Source: Microvirga sp. (lineage in GTDB: Bacteria > Pseudomonadota > Alphaproteobacteria > Rhizobiales > Beijerinckiaceae). From it: a DNA stretch of 24,000 bases. The stretch spans positions 124,453 through 148,452 of the forward strand of contig JAVBJU010000002.1 of assembly GCA_031546825.1 (NCBI GenBank), in the 5' to 3' direction. The notes beneath the pieces were generated by a model, which worked only from the letters and a program-made list of their open reading frames with translations, was not told the DNA's origin and made no database searches. Position numbers and translations under genes: made by a program. Below are positions 9,647 to 17,784 of the stretch, piece after piece. Position 1 is the stretch's first letter. The number at the start of each line of letters is the position of its first letter.

Positions 9647-9958
9647 ATGAAGCTTTACGATATTGCCCATTCACGCACGGGCGACAAGGGCAACACCTCG
9701 AACATCTCCCTTATCGCTTACGACATGAAGCACTATGCGCTCCTCGAGAAATACGTCACCGCCGACAAGGTCAAGGAGCATTTCTCCGACACCGTGCAGG
9801 GCAAAGTGGTGCGTAAGGAGATCCCGAGCATCGGCGCGCTGAACTTCATCATGTACGAAGCGCTCGGCGGCGGTGTGACCCGCTCACTGGCCCTTGACGC
9901 CCACGGCAAATGCCTTGGGGCTGGGCTCTTGAGTTTGGAAATACCAGACACACTTTAA
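9647..9958 (+). CDS. Small AtuA-related protein (C-terminal partner of the AtuA-like protein)
   Basis: MKLYDIAHSRTGDKGNTSNISLIAYDMKHYALLEKYVTADKVKEHF...LNFIMYEALGGGVTRSLALDAHGKCLGAGLLSLEI. Starts 1 bp after the previous stop. Confidence 0.85.
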   Translation: MKLYDIAHSRTGDKGNTSNISLIAYDMKHYALLEKYVTADKVKEHFSDTVQGKVVRKEIPSIGALNFIMYEALGGGVTRSLALDAHGKCLGAGLLSLEIPDTL

Positions 9959-10025
9959 AAGAATTCGGCGCAGTTCCCCCACCGCGCCGAACCCCATGGG
10001 TTCCATAACAAGAAGCCGTGGGTAT

Positions 10026-10067
10026 AAAACTCCGGAAGGTTACCCCCAACCTTCCGGAGTTTTTTTA
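10026..10067 (+). terminator. Rho-independent terminator of the CitMHS/AtuA-like operon
   Basis: AACTCCGGAAGGTT tacccc/ccaa-type loop AACCTTCCGGAGTTTTTTT: near-perfect 14-bp stem followed by a T tract. Confidence 0.9.
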
Positions 10068-10068
10068 T

Positions 10069-10614
10069 TCAGGGGCGAACGAATACATCTTTTGCCCGTT
10101 GGGAGCGGCGCAGATACGCGCTTATCATCAGGGCGGGAATAACCATCCATACAATCGTCAATGAGATTGAGCGGTCCGCTGCGAAAAACTCTGGCGCCAA
10201 CGACGCCATGATCGTGGGACCACAGATATTCCATATCACCATTGCCAGTAATAATGGGACACAATATTTGCGGAAGCGGCGGCTTTTATCGATAAATCTC
10301 AGTATCAACCAGGCCACCGCAGCGGCCAGCACAAGCACTCCGATGCTATACACAAATTCCACGACCATAACGATGCGAAAGCGAAGCGCGATACTGGTGT
10401 CCAAGAGCAAGTCTGGGAGACCCGAAGCAAGATCGAGTAAGGCAGAACCTCGGATCCAGGCCGTCATCAGGCCAGCCCCCACAATCATGCAGAGATAAAC
10501 CCCGATACCAATAAGCCAGACATTCATCCGTTGCGGCTGCAGCCTCGACTGGAAGGAAGACAATTCCTCCAAAAACGCATCGTTGCTGTCTGTTGGTGCT
10601 TCATCGGCTTTCAT
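10069..10614 (-). CDS. Multi-pass membrane protein, DUF2569-like
   Basis: 181-aa ORF with about four hydrophobic segments (VWLIGIGVYLCMIVGAGLMTAWI; IVMVVEFVYSIGVLVLAAAVAWLIL; YCVPLLLAMVIWNI; ISLTIVWMVIPALMISAYL). Confidence 0.6.
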   Translation of the reverse strand: MKADEAPTDSNDAFLEELSSFQSRLQPQRMNVWLIGIGVYLCMIVGAGLMTAWIRGSALLDLASGLPDLLLDTSIALRFRIVMVVEFVYSIGVLVLAAAVAWLILRFIDKSRRFRKYCVPLLLAMVIWNICGPTIMASLAPEFFAADRSISLTIVWMVIPALMISAYLRRSQRAKDVFVRP

Positions 10615-10634
10615 GGCTCCCCCAATTTAAGAAC

Positions 10635-11456
10635 TCATTCCCAAAAGCCTGGTCGGCTTTCCTCAAGATGCGGGCCGATGCGCACGGCGGCGACATGGGT
10701 GGCGAGGCCGGTTCTGTCGTCGGTCTCGATGGCGATCCCCGATAAGGTCCCCTCGCCTTCCCCCGGCTCAAGCCGCGTGCCCGGCGTCTTTTGCAGGAAG
10801 CGGCGGATCGCCTCTTCCTTCTTCATGCCAAGCACGGAATCATAATCGCCACACATGCCCGCGTCCGACATATAGGCAGTGCCCCCAGTGAGAATGCGGT
10901 GGTCACCGGTCGGGGCATGGGTGTGGGTGCCAACCACAAGCGAAACCCGCCCATCAAAATGATGGCCAAAAGCCTGCTTCTCGCTGGTTGCCTCAGCGTG
11001 GACATCAAGAATGATGGCATCCGAAACCTGGGCGAGCGGGCATTGGGAAATTTCGCGCTCGGCGGCGGCGAACGGGTCATCGAGCGCATCCATATACAGG
11101 CGGCCCATGACGCTGATGACGAGCAATCGCTTGCCGGAATGGGTATCGATGAGAGTTGCACCGCGCCCCGGTGTACCCGGCGGGTAATTGGCGGGACGCA
11201 GGAGCCTCTGTTGGCGTTCGATGTAAACCAGCGTCTCGCGCTGGTCGAAAGAGTGGTTGCCAAGCGTGACGGCATCGGCACCCGACGCCAGCAGATCATT
11301 ACAGATGGCCTCAGTCAGGCCAAAACCACCAGCGGCGTTCTCGCCGTTGATGACAACGGCATCAAGCAGCCATTGCTCACGCAACGCTGGCAATCGATCA
11401 GAAACCGCCTGACGGCCGGGACGACCCACCACATCACCAAGAAACAAAAGCCGCAT
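10635..11456 (-). CDS. TIGR00282/YmdB-type metallophosphoesterase (2',3'-cyclic nucleotide phosphodiesterase-like)
   Basis: MRLLFLGDVVGRPGRQAVSDRLPALREQWLLDAVVINGENAAGGFGLTEAICNDLLASGADAVTLGNHSFDQRE...VVGTHTHAPTGDHRILTGGTAYMSDAGMCGDYDSVLG. Confidence 0.92.
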   Translation of the reverse strand: MRLLFLGDVVGRPGRQAVSDRLPALREQWLLDAVVINGENAAGGFGLTEAICNDLLASGADAVTLGNHSFDQRETLVYIERQQRLLRPANYPPGTPGRGATLIDTHSGKRLLVISVMGRLYMDALDDPFAAAEREISQCPLAQVSDAIILDVHAEATSEKQAFGHHFDGRVSLVVGTHTHAPTGDHRILTGGTAYMSDAGMCGDYDSVLGMKKEEAIRRFLQKTPGTRLEPGEGEGTLSGIAIETDDRTGLATHVAAVRIGPHLEESRPGFWE

Positions 11457-11460
11457 ACCA

Positions 11461-12042
11461 TCACTCCGCCACTCGTATCGTCTCCGCCTCGGTCACAATC
11501 ATGCGCAAGGGCTGATCATGGGGTTCCCGCGGCAGCGCAACCTGTTCCTGCATAGCGAAGGCGACACCGATTGTCATGGGGGCACGCGGATGTTGCGCAC
11601 CGGCAAGCGCACGGTCATAGAACCCCTTGCCATAGCCAAGCCGCGTGCCTGAGCGGTCAAAGGCCGCAAGCGGCACGAGAATAACCTCGGGCTGAACAAC
11701 GGCAGCCTTCGCGTCGGGCTCCATCACACCGAAGGGTTTGCGGGTGAGAGCCGCGCCCGGTTGCCAGGCCCGGAACACCAACGTCTCCCCGGTCATCACC
11801 GGCAGAGCGATGCATCTCCCTGTCGCGCTTAAATTCTCCATGAGCGGGCGTAGATCCACCTCGCCTGCAAGCGGCCAGAATGCAGCGACGGATTTAGCCT
11901 GGGAGATTTCGGGAAGCGTGGCGATGTGGGAGCACAGCAGGGCAGATGCGGATGCGCGCCAATCCGCCGACAGGGCGTCGCGTCGGGCCACAATCTCCCG
12001 ACGCAGAATAGTCTTTTGCTCCGCAGGAAATGGTGTGTTCAT
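11461..12042 (-). CDS. fau: 5-formyltetrahydrofolate cyclo-ligase
   Basis: KTILRREIVARRDAL...VAAFWPLAGEVDLRPLM...GCRIALPV-type region; VILVPLAAFDRSGTRLGYGKGFYDRAL. Located directly downstream of 6S RNA, as expected for this family. Confidence 0.9.
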   Translation of the reverse strand: MNTPFPAEQKTILRREIVARRDALSADWRASASALLCSHIATLPEISQAKSVAAFWPLAGEVDLRPLMENLSATGRCIALPVMTGETLVFRAWQPGAALTRKPFGVMEPDAKAAVVQPEVILVPLAAFDRSGTRLGYGKGFYDRALAGAQHPRAPMTIGVAFAMQEQVALPREPHDQPLRMIVTEAETIRVAE

Positions 12043-12055
12043 GGCGGGCTTTCAT

Positions 12056-12106
12056 AAAAAAACCGCGCGAGAGAGATGTTTCACCGAAACACCTGTCTCG
12101 CGCGGT
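12056..12106 (-). terminator. Rho-independent terminator between 6S RNA and the 5-formyl-THF cyclo-ligase gene
   Basis: Minus strand ACCGCGCGAGA-...-TCTCGCGCGGT followed by TTTTTTT, an 11-bp perfect stem (12062-12072 with 12096-12106). The interior TGTTT..AAACA can extend the hairpin. Confidence 0.85.
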
Positions 12107-12261
12107 GCGGGCCACGAAAGCCGTTGGAGTGCTGATCCCGGGTACCTACATAGTAGGTGGGCGCCGTATATCCAGGTCCACGGACCTGGTCAGGGACAGC
12201 TCCCTAGGGGATCGTAAGGCCCCGGGGAAATGTCTCCTGACGAGCCCCACAGCACCGCATC
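12100..12261 (-). ncRNA. ssrS: 6S RNA
   Basis: Minus-strand transcript GGGATGCGGTGCTGTGGGGCTCGTCAGG...CCGTGGACCTGGATATACGG...CGTGGCCCGCACCGCG. Closing stem GCGGTGC (12252-12258) / GCACCGC (12102-12108), long interrupted hairpin architecture, position immediately upstream of fau, and size of about 160 nt all fit 6S RNA. Ends are approximate. Confidence 0.85.
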
Positions 12262-12332
12262 CCTAATGTAATGGCCGCCTCTTGCTTTTGCCAGCCCTTA
12301 GAGCAGGAAATATGCCCTTTCAGGCAAATCAT

Positions 12333-12614
12333 TCAGATCAACCCGGCATCGCGAATTTTTTGCTCTATTTCCTGTTCACTGAGGAGGTTTTTCAGGCCTA
12401 TCACCTTGGTCTTGGCCCCGACCTTGAAATTGCTGACGAGGGAATCGGTGCAGAACACCACATCATAATTCGAGGCAACGCTCTTTGCCTCTCCCACCGA
12501 CATATGGCCGACATCGGCTGGCAGGTTCAGTTTCTTGAAGACGTTGGATATCTTCATCTTGATAATCTGTGATGTGCCCATTCCGTTGCCGCACGCGGCG
12601 ATGACCTTCAGCAT
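12333..12614 (-). CDS. ulaB: PTS ascorbate transporter subunit IIB
   Basis: MLKVIAACGNGMGTSQIIKMKISNVFKKLNLPADVGHMSVGEAKSVASNYDVVFCTDSLV, with the IIB P-loop Cys (CGNGMGTS). Start ATG at 12614. Confidence 0.93.
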   Translation of the reverse strand: MLKVIAACGNGMGTSQIIKMKISNVFKKLNLPADVGHMSVGEAKSVASNYDVVFCTDSLVSNFKVGAKTKVIGLKNLLSEQEIEQKIRDAGLI

Positions 12615-12700
12615 TACTCTCTCCCTAAACGGAAATTGCCCGGTCTTTGGCCCGGGAGGAACCGGCACCCCTCATGGGGTGCCGGATCGTAAGGCGGACT

Positions 12701-14149
12701 TCAGATTTCCCCCACGGCCGTCTCGAAATAGCCCTTCCTGTTTCTGCGATGTTGCAGTTGCGGAATGATGAGCATACCGATGACGAGGACACCGATGGCA
12801 AGCGCTCCGAAGTTCTGGATCAGCCATCCATAGACCGGCCACAGCGTATCCCAGTCGAAGTTGCCATGCCAACCACCGAATTCGGCAAGTCCGAAGGCAC
12901 CGGCGGCGAACGCCCCGCCGAACACCTGGATGAGGCCGGAGCAGAAGCACAGGATGACCAGCGCCCGGAACCCGCCGCGCCGGTTGGCAAACACGCCGAT
13001 TGTCGCGTTGTCGAAGAACACCGGCACAAAACCCGGAATAATCAGAACCGGCGACTTGAAGGCGATCAGCAGCATCACGGCAACGAACTGCCCGATGGCA
13101 CCGAACAGGAAGCCGAACAGGATCGAGTTGCCACCGGCTTTATCAAAACCATAAGTCGCGGCGCAGTCGATGGCGGGCAAGGCACCCTTGAGCAACCTGT
13201 CGGAAATCCCTTTGAAGGATTCGGTCATTTCGGAGACGAACATACGCACGCCAGCCGCGAGAATGTAGAGGTACACCGCGAATTGCAGGGTGGTTTTCAG
13301 CACGTATTTAAGGAACCATTCGCCCGAGCCCGCCGCGTAGAACTTCTTGGCCGCGAGATATTCCGGCCCGAGAATGCAGAGGATTGCGCCGAAAAACACC
13401 AGCATCAGAGTGGAGGTGGCGACAACATTGTCGTTGAAAATCTGGAGGAAGCCCGGCAGCTTCAGGTTCTCAACCGACTTCTCCCTGTTGCCGATCACCG
13501 GCGACAGCTTGTAGGTCAGCCAGACACCGAACATCTGCTGGTGGCCAACGGCAAAGCCAGAATTGTCCGTAAGCTCTTGTGTCGCCTCGACGGTGAGGTT
13601 TGAGAACACCGCCCAATAAGTGCCGACCAGAATACCGCAGATCACCACGCCCCAGGCATTGTTCTGGAGAATCGGTACACCGATGAAGATGATCCACAAG
13701 CCGGTCGTGGCCTGCTGCAACATGATGTGACCGGTGATGAAGAGCGTGCGGATCTTGGTATAATCACGCAAAGCCACCAGAATGATGTTCCAGATGAAGG
13801 CAACAAGCAGCGCCATCATGATCAATGAGGTGGTCCAGCCCGCCTTGGCGAAGGCTGAGTTCACCGCATTGAAACCGAAATACGGATCAATAACCGCGGC
13901 ATGGAGACCGAAGCGCTCGTTGAGCCCGGTCAGGATCGGACGGAAGGAACTGACCAGCCCCCCCGAACCGACCTGCAGGATAAAGAAGCCAACAGCGGCC
14001 TTGATGAAGCCGGAAAAGCAATCATACCAGGGCTTGCGCATCAGCATGTAGCCGATGAGCACGAGCAGGCCGATGAAGATGGCTGGCTCCGCCATGATAT
14101 TGACGAAGACGCTCTGCCAGATGCTGATGATAAAGTTAAAACTATCCAT
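12701..14149 (-). CDS. ulaA: PTS ascorbate transporter subunit IIC (UlaA/SgaT)
   Basis: 482-aa polytopic protein IMAEPAIFIGLLVLIGYMLMRKPWYDCFSGFIKAAVGFFILQVGSGGLVSSFRPILTGLNERFGLHAAVIDPYFG..., with clear UlaA/SgaT character. Confidence 0.95.
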   Translation of the reverse strand: MDSFNFIISIWQSVFVNIMAEPAIFIGLLVLIGYMLMRKPWYDCFSGFIKAAVGFFILQVGSGGLVSSFRPILTGLNERFGLHAAVIDPYFGFNAVNSAFAKAGWTTSLIMMALLVAFIWNIILVALRDYTKIRTLFITGHIMLQQATTGLWIIFIGVPILQNNAWGVVICGILVGTYWAVFSNLTVEATQELTDNSGFAVGHQQMFGVWLTYKLSPVIGNREKSVENLKLPGFLQIFNDNVVATSTLMLVFFGAILCILGPEYLAAKKFYAAGSGEWFLKYVLKTTLQFAVYLYILAAGVRMFVSEMTESFKGISDRLLKGALPAIDCAATYGFDKAGGNSILFGFLFGAIGQFVAVMLLIAFKSPVLIIPGFVPVFFDNATIGVFANRRGGFRALVILCFCSGLIQVFGGAFAAGAFGLAEFGGWHGNFDWDTLWPVYGWLIQNFGALAIGVLVIGMLIIPQLQHRRNRKGYFETAVGEI

Positions 14150-14209
14150 CGTGAATCACCCTTGCTGAATACCGGGCGGCCCCATGGGGGCAGTTTCCGG
14201 TGCGGGCGG

Positions 14210-14241
14210 AAAAAAGCCGGAGCCCCTTGCGAGGCACCGGC
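14210..14241 (-). terminator. Candidate Rho-independent terminator/attenuator between ulaG and ulaA
   Basis: Minus strand GCCGGtGCCtcgcaaggGGCtCCGGCTTTTTT, 6 bp downstream of the ulaG stop and upstream of ulaA. Confidence 0.6.
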
Positions 14242-14247
14242 GCTGGA

Positions 14248-15312
14248 TCAGAGGAATGACGGGAACGGCAAGTCCGTCTCGCCGGTAAAGGCGTCTTCGA
14301 AGCCGCGCGGGTAATGGTACTCCCGCTTGTCCTTGTCATTCGGATAGACGAATTTACCGCCAACCTGCCAGATATACGGCTTAAAACCGTATTGCAGGCG
14401 ATCCTTACGCATTTCCCAAAGCGCAGAGATTTCCATCGGATCCGCCTGGAAGTTTGACCAGATGTCATGATGGAATGGCATTACCACTTTGCAATTCAAC
14501 GCTTCCGCCATGCGCAGAATATCCGACGAGGTCATCTTGTCGGTAATCCCGCGCGGGTTTTCGCCGAAGGAGCCGAGCGCAACGTCAATCTCATAATCAT
14601 TGCCGTGCTTGGCGTAGTGATTGGAGTAATGAGAATCGCCCGAGTGGTAGAGGGAGCCGCCCGGCGTGCGGAACAGATAGTTCACCGCGCGCGCGTTCAT
14701 GTCCTTGGGCATCGCATCCTTGCACTTCACGTCGGCGGGCTGGGTGATGAGCACGGTGCGGTCGAAGGATTCGAGCACGATAATCTCGATATCCTTGATC
14801 TTCACCACATCACCCGGCTTCACCACCTTGCAGCGGTCTGCCGGAACGCCCCATTTCTTCCACAGATCCACACAGCTCTGCGGCCCGATGAACGGCACAG
14901 AAGCATCACAGTTTTTCAGAACTGCGGCGGCAACATTCACGTCGATATGATCGTTATGATCGTGCGTCGACATCACAGCGTCGATCTTTTTGATCGCAAA
15001 CGGGTCAAGCACGAAGGGCGACAGGCGCAGATTGGGCTGCAATTGCTTGCCACCGCTCATGCGCGCCATCTGGTGATGGGGAATCATCCATGGATTCTTG
15101 CGGCTTCGCTTACCAGTGCCGCACCACAGGTCGATGCAGATATTGGCGTCGCCCTGGGTCTTGATCCACAACCCGGTGCAGCCGAGCCACCACATGGCAA
15201 AGGTGCCAGGCTGGACGACCTCGGCTTCGATTTCTTCGTTAAGCCAGGTTCCCCATTGGGGAAATGTGCTCAAAACCCACGATTCTTTGGTGATTTCGTC
15301 AATGGTACTCAT
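14248..15312 (-). CDS. ulaG: L-ascorbate-6-phosphate lactonase UlaG
   Basis: 354-aa metallo-beta-lactamase fold protein [29 protein letters not shown]...[13 protein letters not shown]...[16 protein letters not shown]...[13 protein letters not shown]. Confidence 0.95.
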   Translation of the reverse strand: MSTIDEITKESWVLSTFPQWGTWLNEEIEAEVVQPGTFAMWWLGCTGLWIKTQGDANICIDLWCGTGKRSRKNPWMIPHHQMARMSGGKQLQPNLRLSPFVLDPFAIKKIDAVMSTHDHNDHIDVNVAAAVLKNCDASVPFIGPQSCVDLWKKWGVPADRCKVVKPGDVVKIKDIEIIVLESFDRTVLITQPADVKCKDAMPKDMNARAVNYLFRTPGGSLYHSGDSHYSNHYAKHGNDYEIDVALGSFGENPRGITDKMTSSDILRMAEALNCKVVMPFHHDIWSNFQADPMEISALWEMRKDRLQYGFKPYIWQVGGKFVYPNDKDKREYHYPRGFEDAFTGETDLPFPSFL

Positions 15313-15429
15313 GGCTCTCCCGCTCTCTTGTTCCCGGCGGAACTTCAACTGATGCGATGCGCCGCCCCTCTCAGGTGAATTCAGAACACCCTTCCGAGGC
15401 TTTAAAAAAGACTAGACCAAAAATTCATT

Positions 15430-15445
15430 TTGTCGATCATTATTT
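15430..15445 (+). repeat. Copy 1 of a 16-bp perfect direct repeat (TTGTCGATCATTATTT) upstream of ulaG
   Basis: Identical to 16045-16060; both lie upstream of leftward ula genes. Confidence 0.85.
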
Positions 15446-15504
15446 AGTATGTTTTGAACGATTAATGAAAAATACGAACATTTATCGAACACCCACGACC
15501 TCCG

Positions 15505-15960
15505 TCACAGACACTTGTCCATCAGCGCAACCGCGTCATCCACCGTTCGGCAGGCGCGTATCCGGTCGAAATTGTCAGGGTCTTCAAACAAGGTGACGAT
15601 CTGCACGATGCCGGTTTCGGTGTGCTCCTGCGCGCTCTTCGCCGCCAGCGTAATAAGAATATCTATTGGGTCGTTATCCGGATCACCAAAATTGACCGGC
15701 GTTTTCAGTGTAACCAGCGCAAATCCGGTTTGTTTGACACCCTCTTCCGGACGCCCATGCGGCATGGCCAGCCCCGGCGCAATCAGAAAATAGGGGCCAT
15801 ATTTCTCCACGCCATCGAGAATCGCCTGATAATAACGCGGCTCCGTCACATCGGCCGCGACCAGCAAATCGGCGCCAAGCTTGACGGCTTCCTGCCAAGT
15901 GGTCGCCTCGGCCTGCAACAGTATGGAATTATTGGCCTTCAAGGATTCCTGTAATTTCAT
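15505..15960 (-). CDS. ulaC: PTS ascorbate-type subunit IIA
   Basis: [85 protein letters not shown], with the EIIA active-site region PHGRPE. The ORF is open to 15975. Confidence 0.92.
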   Translation of the reverse strand: MKLQESLKANNSILLQAEATTWQEAVKLGADLLVAADVTEPRYYQAILDGVEKYGPYFLIAPGLAMPHGRPEEGVKQTGFALVTLKTPVNFGDPDNDPIDILITLAAKSAQEHTETGIVQIVTLFEDPDNFDRIRACRTVDDAVALMDKCL

Positions 15961-16044
15961 GACCCGCCTATCCATCTTCCAAACCCGCCCAACGGCCGCA
16001 GATAGCGCTGCGACCTTTGATAAAATCTATCATAAAGCCCAAGC

Positions 16045-16060
16045 TTGTCGATCATTATTT
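16045..16060 (+). repeat. Copy 2 of the 16-bp perfect direct repeat (TTGTCGATCATTATTT) upstream of ulaC
   Basis: Identical to 15430-15445. Confidence 0.85.
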
Positions 16061-16110
16061 TGTGCGAATGGAACTATTTCAAAGTTTTCCGCCGAGGCCC
16101 ACTTGCCAAA

Positions 16111-16169
16111 ATGAACGATACATGTTCAAATATCTTCCGTTGGGCAAAATATATGTTCATATCGTTCAT
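16111..16169. promoter_or_regulatory. Cluster of GAAC/GTTC half-sites in the divergent ulaC-ulaD intergenic (putative DeoR/UlaR-type operator)
   Basis: ATGAACGATACATGTTCAAATATC...ATATGTTCATATCGTTCATATTTTC: four half-sites within 59 bp. Confidence 0.5.
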
Positions 16170-16241
16170 ATTTTCAGGCATCTTGACCGTCACGTTCTCT
16201 GATACCGGCCCATTACCGGAATGATCACTGAGGAACCCGTC

Positions 16242-16898
16242 ATGTCTCTTCCCCTGCTGCAACTGGCTCTCGACAACAAATCCCTCGCTGAGGCCTTTCA
16301 ATCTACCCGCTTGCTCGCCCCGGAAATTGATATCATCGAAGTCGGCACTATCCTGGCCTGCGCCGATGGTATGCAGGCCGTGCGCTGCATGAAGGCCGCA
16401 TATCCTGACCGTATCGTTCTCGCTGACGTTAAGGCGGCTGATGCTGGCAGTATTCTCTCCAATATGTGCTTCGACAATGGCGCGGACTGGATGACCGTGA
16501 TCTGCTGTGCGCCCATCGCAACCGTTGAATCGGCGATGAAGGAAGCACAGAAGCGCGGCGGAAAATACGATGTCCAGATCGAGCTGACCGGCTCCTGGAC
16601 CTGGGAGGAAGCCAAAAACTGGCACAAGGTCGGCATTCGCCAGGTTGTCTACCACCGTGGCCGCGATGCCCAGGCCGCCGGGCAATCCTGGGCCAAGGAA
16701 GATATTGACACCATTAGCCGGCTCGCCGAAATGGGCTTTCACCCGTCCATTACCGGTGGTCTCGTCATTGATGACCTACAGCTCTTCAAGGGCTTGCCGG
16801 TGAAGTCGTTCATCTCCGGTCGCTCCATGCGCGAGGCCCCCGATCCGGCGGCTGAAGCACGCGCTTTCAAGGCTCGCATCGCCGAATTGTGGGGCTGA
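16242..16898 (+). CDS. ulaD: 3-keto-L-gulonate-6-phosphate decarboxylase
   Basis: MSLPLLQLALDNKSLAEAFQSTRLLAPEIDIIEVGTILACADGMQAVRCMKAAYPDRIVLADVKAADAGSILSNMCFDNGADWMTVICCAPIATV, a clear UlaD/SgbH-type sequence. Confidence 0.94.
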   Translation: MSLPLLQLALDNKSLAEAFQSTRLLAPEIDIIEVGTILACADGMQAVRCMKAAYPDRIVLADVKAADAGSILSNMCFDNGADWMTVICCAPIATVESAMKEAQKRGGKYDVQIELTGSWTWEEAKNWHKVGIRQVVYHRGRDAQAAGQSWAKEDIDTISRLAEMGFHPSITGGLVIDDLQLFKGLPVKSFISGRSMREAPDPAAEARAFKARIAELWG

Positions 16899-16902
16899 CC
16901 CG

Positions 16903-17784
16903 ATGCCGATGCCCGCCCTGCCCTGCCTCGGAATCTATGAAAAGGCGCTGCCCGCGTCCATGAGTTGGCGGGAGCGGCTGCTGGCCGCCCACAAAGCCGG
17001 ATACGATTACGTCGAGATGTCCATCGACGAAACCGATACCCGGCTCGCCCGGCTGCAATGGACGGGCGGGGAGCGGCGGGAACTGCGGGATATCATCAAT
17101 GATACCCGCATGCCCATTCGCTCGATCTGCCTATCCGGCCACCGCCGGTTTCCCTTCGGCAGCGAAGACCCATCCGTGCGGGGGCGCGCCCATGATATCA
17201 TGGCACGCGCAGTGGATTTTGCGGCAGATATGGGTATCCGCACCATCCAGCTTGCCGGATACGATGTCTATTACGAACCCTCCACCGCCGACAGCCTGAA
17301 GCGTTTCGAAGAGGGCCTAACCTGGGCCGCCGGGATTGCCGCGCGCTCCCAAGTGATGCTCGGCATGGAGATCATGGATACGGAACTGATGAGTTCCATC
17401 ACCCGTTGGCTGGCCTATGCCGAGAAAATCCGCAGCCCGTGGTTTCAGGTTTATCCCGATATCGGCAACCTGTCGGCGTGGAATAACGATGTTTCCGCCG
17501 AACTCATCAAGGGTGATGGACGCATCACCGCCATCCACCTCAAGGACACCAAGAAAGTCGCCCCCGGCTTCCCCGGACAGTTCCGTGACCTTCTCTTCGG
17601 CGAAGGTTCGGTGGATTTCGTTGCCGCCTTCCGAACCCTCAAAGCCATGGATTACCGCGGCGCATTTCTCGTGGAGATGTGGACGGACAAGGCCGAAGAC
17701 CCGGTTTTCGAGATTACCCGCGCGCGGCAATGGATCATCGCACGGATGCAGGAGGGCGGGCTGATCGGCCCGCAGAACCCATGA
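16903..17784 (+). CDS. ulaE: L-xylulose-5-phosphate 3-epimerase (L-ribulose-5-phosphate forming)
   Basis: [45 protein letters not shown]...[21 protein letters not shown]...[11 protein letters not shown], a UlaE/SgbU-type sequence. Confidence 0.95.
   Translation: MPMPALPCLGIYEKALPASMSWRERLLAAHKAGYDYVEMSIDETDTRLARLQWTGGERRELRDIINDTRMPIRSICLSGHRRFPFGSEDPSVRGRAHDIMARAVDFAADMGIRTIQLAGYDVYYEPSTADSLKRFEEGLTWAAGIAARSQVMLGMEIMDTELMSSITRWLAYAEKIRSPWFQVYPDIGNLSAWNNDVSAELIKGDGRITAIHLKDTKKVAPGFPGQFRDLLFGEGSVDFVAAFRTLKAMDYRGAFLVEMWTDKAEDPVFEITRARQWIIARMQEGGLIGPQNP

Noticed and set aside
10791-11555. 254-aa plus-strand ORF antisense to the YmdB-type phosphoesterase
   Set aside because: Minus strand carries clear catalytic motifs; no support for the antisense product.
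11894-12115. 73-aa minus-strand ORF spanning the 6S RNA 3' end and terminator
   Set aside because: Overlaps 6S RNA/terminator structure and fau; not credible as protein.
12647-13603. 318-aa plus-strand ORF antisense to ulaA
   Set aside because: Charged/His-rich mirror of a membrane protein gene.
14467-15378. 303-aa plus-strand ORF antisense to ulaG
   Set aside because: UlaG is unambiguous on the minus strand; this is a mirror ORF.
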